Of a stretch of 42,504 bases of DNA, positions 37,211 through 42,504 are shown one piece after another. The position numbers were made by a program, and so were the translations under genes. This DNA is from an uncultured Prevotella sp. GTDB lineage: Bacteria; Bacillota; Clostridia; Christensenellales; UBA1242. The DNA lies in contig CAYJJH010000002.1 in the NCBI GenBank assembly GCA_964370495.1, forward strand, positions 1 through 42,504, in the 5' to 3' direction. Every line of letters starts with the position of its first letter. Position 1 is the stretch's first letter. The notes below the pieces were generated by a model. The model was not told the DNA's origin, searched no databases, and saw nothing but the letters and a program-made list of their open reading frames with translations.

Positions 37211-38062
37211 ATGGAAAATTTTACAACAGAACAACACAAAAGAGATTCATCAGGCAAGGCAATAGTCGAAAGTCCCGACAAGACAATAGCAAACCTTCGT
37301 GAGAAACAACGAAACCAAAACTTTATAAATGGTGTAGTAATTTCTGCGATGGCGTTGACTGTGGTTTTGACCGGGACTTTACTTGGTGCTACGGCTTCGG
37401 CAAATAGCGATCTTAAGTCCCAAGTTGAAACATTAAAAGAACAAAATGTCGCAATGGTAAATTCTCAAAAGGTTAGTGATGCAAATAATTACACTGGAAC
37501 ATCTACCATTTCTAATACAAGCAACAGAGATTATAATTATGATAATCGTTACGACTACGCAAATAATACTGCGGATAGAAATTATACAGATAGATATTAT
37601 ACATCCCCAGACAGAAACAGAAATACAAGTTACAACAATACAACAAACAATGCTAGCAACATTAATGAAAGAAATTCAAATTATACACCAAGAAGAACCA
37701 GGGATTACACATCAAATTATAACAGAGGTAATTATAGAAGAAACAGAACACAAACATCAAGCAATGAAAATAATTACACAGAGACGCCTACACCAGTGTC
37801 ATATACACCATCAACAAATGATGTGAATAAAATTAATGATAAAATGGTAAACAGCTATACTTCAAAGCCAACTTCTGCTACATACCCAAATAAAAAAGAA
37901 CCCTCAGAAAATACAAACGTTGTAAATCTACCAAGATTATCCAGTTATATTTCGGATATAACCGGACAAAAAACAAAAGATTATAAAAGAGATACATATA
38001 CCAGTTCAGCAGATATAAGTAAAACTAATGATAAATACAAACCTACTATAAAAAATTTATAA
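37211..38062 (+). CDS. bitopic membrane protein with a short coiled coil and a long Asn/Tyr/Thr/Arg-rich low-complexity ectodomain
   Basis: Strong GGAGGA SD. One TM helix (FINGVVISAMALTVVLTGTLLGA), then SDLKSQVETLKEQN (a topology like FtsB/DivIC), then about 200 aa of N/Y/T/R/S-rich sequence. Confidence 0.65.
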   Translation: MENFTTEQHKRDSSGKAIVESPDKTIANLREKQRNQNFINGVVISAMALTVVLTGTLLGATASANSDLKSQVETLKEQNVAMVNSQKVSDANNYTGTSTISNTSNRDYNYDNRYDYANNTADRNYTDRYYTSPDRNRNTSYNNTTNNASNINERNSNYTPRRTRDYTSNYNRGNYRRNRTQTSSNENNYTETPTPVSYTPSTNDVNKINDKMVNSYTSKPTSATYPNKKEPSENTNVVNLPRLSSYISDITGQKTKDYKRDTYTSSADISKTNDKYKPTIKNL

Positions 38063-38067
38063 TCTAA

Positions 38068-39618
38068 TTAAAATGTCATCGCCTTATCGGTCATGGCATT
38101 TTCTTTTATTTCGATTACTCTGGTTGCTACTGTTTCAATTATTGTTTCATCGCTTGTATAAAACAATAGTACGCCTTTATATTTTTTCATACCCTCGTTA
38201 AGAGCAGTAATACTTTCCAAATCCAAGTGGTTTGTAGGCTCACTCATTACCAACATGTTGCCTTGATGCAGCATAGTTTTAGCAAGCATACATCTAACCT
38301 TCTCACCACCAGATAATACATTAGCGGTTTTTAGTGCCTCTTCGCCCGAGAATAACATACGTCCAAGCCAACTTCTTATAAAGGTTTCATTTGTATCTTT
38401 TGAATATTGTTTAAGCCAATCTAAAAGATTTAATTTAATCCCTTCAAAAAATTCTCTGTAATCGCCAGGCAAATATGATGCTTTAATCGTCTTACCAACT
38501 GTTACTGTACCACTGTCTGCTTTTTCTTTACCCATTATACAGTTAAATAATTTATCCACACGAATGCTTTTGTCTGTTAAGAAAGCGACTTTCTCGTCTT
38601 TGTTTATTCTGAAACTTACATTTTTGAAATAACCTTCCATAGTTAAATTTTCTACTGCCAATATTTCATTACCTGGCTCACGTTCACATTCAAAATTTAT
38701 GTAAGGATATTTACGTGAAGATGGTTTTAAATCTTCTATCGTAAGCTTTTCAAGTTCTTTCTTACGACTTGTGGCTTGTCTGGATTTACTTGCATTAGCC
38801 GAGAATCTAGCGATAAATTCTTTTAATTCTTCTGCTCTGGATTCTGCTTTTTTATTTGCTTCTTTTTGTTGGCGAAGTAAAAGCTGACTGGTTTCATACC
38901 AGAAATCATAATTTCCAATAAACATATTTATTTGGCCAAAGTCCACGTCACAAATGTGTGTACATACTTTATTAAGGAAATGTCTGTTGTGAGATACGAT
39001 AATCGTTGTATTTTTGAAATCAAGCAAGAAGTCTTCAAGCCATCTTGTTCCAGCAAGATCAAGGTTATTTGTAGGCTCGTCCAAGATAAGCACATCTGGA
39101 TTACCAAACAATGCACGTGCAAGCAATACTTTAATTTTAATTTTAGCATCAAGATCCTTCATTTTAAGATCATGGTATTCTTCCCCAACCCCAAGACCCG
39201 AAAGCATAATCCTTGCGTTACTATCCGCATCCCAACCATCAAGCTCGGCAAACTCGCCTTCTAACTCTGCCAATCTATTACCTTGCTCTTCTGTAAATTC
39301 TGTTAATTCATATAGCTTTTCTTTTTCATCCATAATTTCAGCCAATCTTGAATGCCCACCAACAACAGTATTAACCGCCAAAAGATCATCAAAAGCATTT
39401 TGATTTTGCGCCAGTGTAGAAATTCGTTCTCCTCTGCCGGTTACAACTTCACCTTTGTTTGGTGAAATTTCGCCAGACAAAATTTTAAGAAAGGTAGACT
39501 TACCCGCCCCATTTGCGCCAATAATACCATAGCATTCGCCCGGTAAAAATTTAAGATTTACATCTTTAAAGAGCACTCTCTTGCCAAATTGTAATGAAAT
39601 GTTAATTGCTTGAATCAT
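38068..39618 (-). CDS. ABC-F family ATPase (YbiT-like) with a degenerate second ATP site
   Basis: Two tandem NBDs without a TMD. NBD1 has GANGAGKST, VLILDEPTNNLD and VSHNRHF. The inter-domain linker carries FIARFSANASKSRQATSRKKELEK. NBD2 keeps the signature LSGGEKVR, but its Walker A position reads LTDKSIRVDK. Confidence 0.88.
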   Translation of the reverse strand: MIQAINISLQFGKRVLFKDVNLKFLPGECYGIIGANGAGKSTFLKILSGEISPNKGEVVTGRGERISTLAQNQNAFDDLLAVNTVVGGHSRLAEIMDEKEKLYELTEFTEEQGNRLAELEGEFAELDGWDADSNARIMLSGLGVGEEYHDLKMKDLDAKIKIKVLLARALFGNPDVLILDEPTNNLDLAGTRWLEDFLLDFKNTTIIVSHNRHFLNKVCTHICDVDFGQINMFIGNYDFWYETSQLLLRQQKEANKKAESRAEELKEFIARFSANASKSRQATSRKKELEKLTIEDLKPSSRKYPYINFECEREPGNEILAVENLTMEGYFKNVSFRINKDEKVAFLTDKSIRVDKLFNCIMGKEKADSGTVTVGKTIKASYLPGDYREFFEGIKLNLLDWLKQYSKDTNETFIRSWLGRMLFSGEEALKTANVLSGGEKVRCMLAKTMLHQGNMLVMSEPTNHLDLESITALNEGMKKYKGVLLFYTSDETIIETVATRVIEIKENAMTDKAMTF

Positions 39619-39626
39619 AATATTTA

Positions 39627-39635
39627 ATTATAACA
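39627..39635 (-). promoter_or_regulatory. extended -10 element (TGtTATAAT) upstream of the ABC-F gene
   Basis: The minus strand reads TGTTATAAT (39635-39627), then 8 nt, then ATG at 39618. No SD. The element starts 1 nt after the stop of the upstream gene. Confidence 0.45.
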
Positions 39636-39636
39636 T

Positions 39637-41838
39637 TTATGAGCGTTTTTGGTAAACTTTAATTATAATAGTAATTATACAAAAGAATCCTATGATCGCT
39701 ATGGCTATCAATATAAAATTTATTGTTTCCTGTGTAAAGATATCTAAGAAGCCAAACATATTTGTTAAATTGAAATTTGATATTTTAATTTCTTGCTTAA
39801 CCACTCCGCCTTCTACCTGGTAATACTGTTTATTTTCATCTGCTATGTTTAATCTTATATAAACATTATATATACCTTCTTCAAGCTCCCCTACAGTAGG
39901 AATAACTGTTGAATAATCTTCTTCGCTTGCTTCATTTCCGTAAGGAACAATTGCGTATTCAAACTCACCAACACCTATAGGATTAGTTTTAATAGATTCA
40001 AATAGTTCTCTGCTTGATTCCCCCACACTAAGAAATGATGCTACTTTTGGTTCGATACTAACTTTGAAGGCAGTGGTAAATTTCTCTATTTCTATTCTAG
40101 TGCTAACAACTTCTGAATCTGCATAAATATGCTTGTTTTCTGGGGCTATAAAAAGTTTTGCATAAATAGTATATGTAGCCGCTGCACGACCTTCTGAGGT
40201 TGGGAATACGGTCGTGTAGTCAGTATCTATTGGCTGGCTGCTACCCGGCATAACAGCATACTTAATCTCACCCATATCTTGATTTTCCGAGGTGGTTGGT
40301 GCCTGTAATAATTGTACATTACTACCTGCTATTATGTTTTCATTTGCAGATATTTCAGATATCAGACTTCTTTCTCTTATTTCTATATCTACACTATGCC
40401 CTGTATTATTAAAGTATGGTGCATTATTTACATTTATAAAATACTTTACATAAACCGTATAGTCACCTGCTGTAAGATTTCCCACAACGGCTTCTTCTAT
40501 ATAATCTATATCTTCTGGAGCGGCTTCGCCTCTGGTTACTACTGCATATTTAAAATCACCTATACCACTTGGACTTACTGTAGCCGTAGAGATTAATGAA
40601 TTATTTATATCCCCTACAAAGAAGTTAATATCACTTCCAATAGTAATAGTCGGCGTAACCATTGTGCCAGGCGCTAAAATATTAATATTTATGCTGGCAG
40701 TTGGCGAATCTGTATATCTATCTATATACATATCATCAACAAATAACTTTGCATAAACTGTGTAAGTCCCAGCTGTAAGATTTCCAACCACAGGAAGAAT
40801 CTCACTAAAATCATCATTTGCAGGTACAGCTGCTCCACTTTGTGTAATAGCATATTTTATTTCACCTATACCAGAATAATAAGAGTATGCGGGTTCTACC
40901 AATGGCATATCCGCTCCTTCAATTAAATTAGTATTAGCCGTCATATCTTCTACGGCAGTATTTTGTTTAATAGCAAGCGTAACTGCGGGTCTAATTCCAT
41001 ATTCTTCTGTAATGTAATTTGTAAATAAAGATTGATCATTTATAAGTTCTTTACCTTCTGCATCCACAAAGTTGCCACCAGGTACTTTATTATTTCCAAC
41101 TAATATAGCTTTATGACTATACAAGGTTGGTGTTCTAAGCCAAGCTGCGTTAGATATACTTGTATCTGTCCAGTTTCTGAAACTATTCCCATTACTTTCT
41201 GTAAACCCCCATGTTCCTCCATCCTTGACCTGTGTCATTGAAGGAATCCAAAGCATTTCATCTTCTATACTAAAATAAGAACTCAATGTCGTGCCATAGT
41301 CATCTTTGTAACGATCAGCTGCAGTATCGCGATAATAAACAGTAGTAACATTTGTTACGCCTCTGCTATCTGATACTGGGATTACTTTATCCCAACCTGG
41401 TTGAGTGCTGAAATAATTTGTTATATCTTGGCTTAAAACTTGCTTAAGATTAGATTCAGCAATTTCTTCACCTTTATATATAGCTTTACTGTAACCGTTG
41501 CTCCATATTGTATCAACGCCAGCATCACCATATATATTATTGCCTATGTTAAATGCAGTATTTTTGTATGGACTGCTCATCCAAAATGTAATTGTGTTTG
41601 ACTGGCTTTGTACTACTTTCCAATCATACCCAAAAAAATTATATAGCTCACCAATTTGTATGTCGCTTTTATTCACAATGAAAGCGCCTTCTGCATTAAA
41701 TAAACTTTGACCTGATCCAGCAGCTTTAATTTCTAAAGGTGCTTCGTTTGAATTTTTATTAAAATTAAGTAACGAGAATAATGGGGAAACAGAAAAAAAC
41801 AATAATATCCCCGTTATCAATATTATTATCTTTTTCAT
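39637..41838 (-). CDS. cell-surface protein: signal peptide, WLRTP-motif N-terminal domain, four ~100-aa tandem repeats, C-terminal TM anchor
   Basis: 733 aa. Signal-like N-terminus MKKIIILITGILLFFSVSPLFS. The N-terminal domain carries LWIPS..GGTWGF..NAAWLRTPTL..GIRPAV, shared with the next gene. The C-terminal helix is FILIAIAIIGFFCIITIII. Confidence 0.8.
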   Translation of the reverse strand: MKKIIILITGILLFFSVSPLFSLLNFNKNSNEAPLEIKAAGSGQSLFNAEGAFIVNKSDIQIGELYNFFGYDWKVVQSQSNTITFWMSSPYKNTAFNIGNNIYGDAGVDTIWSNGYSKAIYKGEEIAESNLKQVLSQDITNYFSTQPGWDKVIPVSDSRGVTNVTTVYYRDTAADRYKDDYGTTLSSYFSIEDEMLWIPSMTQVKDGGTWGFTESNGNSFRNWTDTSISNAAWLRTPTLYSHKAILVGNNKVPGGNFVDAEGKELINDQSLFTNYITEEYGIRPAVTLAIKQNTAVEDMTANTNLIEGADMPLVEPAYSYYSGIGEIKYAITQSGAAVPANDDFSEILPVVGNLTAGTYTVYAKLFVDDMYIDRYTDSPTASININILAPGTMVTPTITIGSDINFFVGDINNSLISTATVSPSGIGDFKYAVVTRGEAAPEDIDYIEEAVVGNLTAGDYTVYVKYFINVNNAPYFNNTGHSVDIEIRERSLISEISANENIIAGSNVQLLQAPTTSENQDMGEIKYAVMPGSSQPIDTDYTTVFPTSEGRAAATYTIYAKLFIAPENKHIYADSEVVSTRIEIEKFTTAFKVSIEPKVASFLSVGESSRELFESIKTNPIGVGEFEYAIVPYGNEASEEDYSTVIPTVGELEEGIYNVYIRLNIADENKQYYQVEGGVVKQEIKISNFNLTNMFGFLDIFTQETINFILIAIAIIGFFCIITIIIKVYQKRS
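39778..40953 (-). repeat. four in-frame tandem protein repeats (units of about 96-102 aa)
   Basis: The core G(E/D)(I/F)(K/E)YA...(D/E)(F/Y)..(I/V).P.(V/S).G.L.AG.YT(V/I)Y(A/V)K(L/Y)F(V/I) recurs, with its first residue at codon start positions 40866, 40560, 40272 and 39969. The spacings are 306, 288 and 303 nt. Confidence 0.7.
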
Positions 41839-41842
41839 ATTT

Positions 41843-42504
41843 TTACACCATCTCTTTTCTTGATTTAGAAATAACAGCTATCACAACAAATATAATACCA
41901 AGAACACCAAGCGAACACATAGCCACAAAGAATATTTTCAACATTTCATTATTATCATCAACTGGATTATTTGTATTTGTACCTTCATAAGATTCGCCAG
42001 TTGCATCCGCAATATTCATATGTATAGCTGGACGAACGCCATAGTCTTTATCTATATAATCATAAAATAATGACTGGCTGTTAGTTAATGAATTAAAATC
42101 ACCACCTGGCGCTGTACTTACACCTACAACTTGTGCTCTGTTGCTTTTCAATGTTGGTGTTCTAAGCCAAGCAGCATTTGAAACCGTTGTATCATCCCAA
42201 TTTCTAAAACCATTCCCGTTAGCAGATGTAAAGCCCCAAATTCCGCCATCTTCTATTTCCTCAGCCGAAGGCAACCACAATCTGTCACCAGCTAAACCAT
42301 AATGAACACTCATTGTTTGAGTACTGCTTACAAAATCATTAAGACTATCTTTAGCATAGTATACACCAGTTTTTACTTCTGACCCGTCTGTTGAATATTC
42401 AATAGTTACAACACGATTAGTTTCGTTTGACCCTTCAATATAACCAGACACAACCTTATCCGCATAACTGCTATATATTGACTTGTCTATTATATTAGCA
42501 GCTT
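41843..42504 (-). CDS. paralogous surface protein, 5' end outside the window (partial)
   Basis: The frame stays open from 42451 to the window edge, so the GTG at 42451 is probably not the start. It contains LWLPS..GGIWGF..NAAWLRTPTL..GVRPAI, homologous to the downstream gene, and ends in a TM anchor (VAMCSLGVLGIIFVVIAVI). Confidence 0.7.
   Translation of the reverse strand, partial: AANIIDKSIYSSYADKVVSGYIEGSNETNRVVTIEYSTDGSEVKTGVYYAKDSLNDFVSSTQTMSVHYGLAGDRLWLPSAEEIEDGGIWGFTSANGNGFRNWDDTTVSNAAWLRTPTLKSNRAQVVGVSTAPGGDFNSLTNSQSLFYDYIDKDYGVRPAIHMNIADATGESYEGTNTNNPVDDNNEMLKIFFVAMCSLGVLGIIFVVIAVISKSRKEMV

Noticed and set aside
37476-37826. 116-aa alternative-frame ORF (I/T/Q/E-rich) inside the N/Y-rich gene.
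   Set aside because: It is generated by the same A-rich, low-complexity DNA. It has no SD. The main frame has a strong GGAGGA SD plus a credible TM helix and coiled coil. Treated as a compositional artefact.
37480-37830. Eleven N-x-S/T sequons in the low-complexity ectodomain, considered as evidence for N-glycosylation.
   Set aside because: That many sequons is expected from the N/T/S-rich composition alone. No oligosaccharyltransferase-like gene is in the window, and the only glycosyltransferase (6634-7575) is 30 kb away.
41790-41810. T7/A7 homopolymer in the signal-peptide coding region of the surface protein, considered as a slipped-strand phase-variation switch.
   Set aside because: A 7-nt tract is short for efficient slippage and is unremarkable in AT-rich DNA. 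There is no supporting evidence such as an alternative in-frame start.

Overview
This is a visibly AT-rich, extremely gene-dense chromosomal core segment from an endospore-forming, Firmicute-like bacterium. The spore-former call rests on spoIIE, a gerA-type operon and cwlD. I support about 38 CDS and one tRNA-Arg(UCG).

Recognisable genes:
- Repair and recombination: a short uvrC, addB-addA, recR, a truncated comEC, holA.
- Core metabolism and secretion: ftsH, gap, fba, a GT2 glycosyltransferase, secA, an RNHCP-domain gene.
- tRNA function: mnmE-mnmG, a class I lysyl-tRNA synthetase, and trmR followed by a U32 peptidase gene (ho5U/mo5U tRNA pathway).
- ABC proteins: two ABC exporter half-transporters and one ABC-F ATPase.
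- Sporulation-linked and surface: cwlD followed by a Cys-rich mini-ORF and an N/Y/T/R low-complexity membrane protein, plus two tandem paralogous surface proteins.

I saw no CRISPR array, IS element, integrase or prophage signature, and no recognisable defence island. All long ORFs are intact under the standard bacterial code.

The unusual signals are architectural and degenerative:
1. Almost every gene that heads a transcription unit has a sigma-A-like -35/-10 ending 5-8 nt before its start codon and has no Shine-Dalgarno. Operon-internal genes have canonical GGAGG sites. This predicts widespread leaderless mRNAs.
2. Divergent intergenic regions are only 20-96 bp. Five of seven convergent gene pairs physically overlap, which leaves no room for terminators.
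3. Both ABC exporter subunits have lost their Walker B Asp-Glu pair, the H-loop histidine and the signature motif.
4. The ABC-F protein has lost exactly one of its two composite ATP sites.
5. The Ger receptor operon is miniaturised in all three subunits.
6. Several other proteins are markedly shorter than their Bacillus subtilis orthologues (UvrC, AddA, AddB, ComEC).

All functional calls come from motif recognition by eye. No database search was run.
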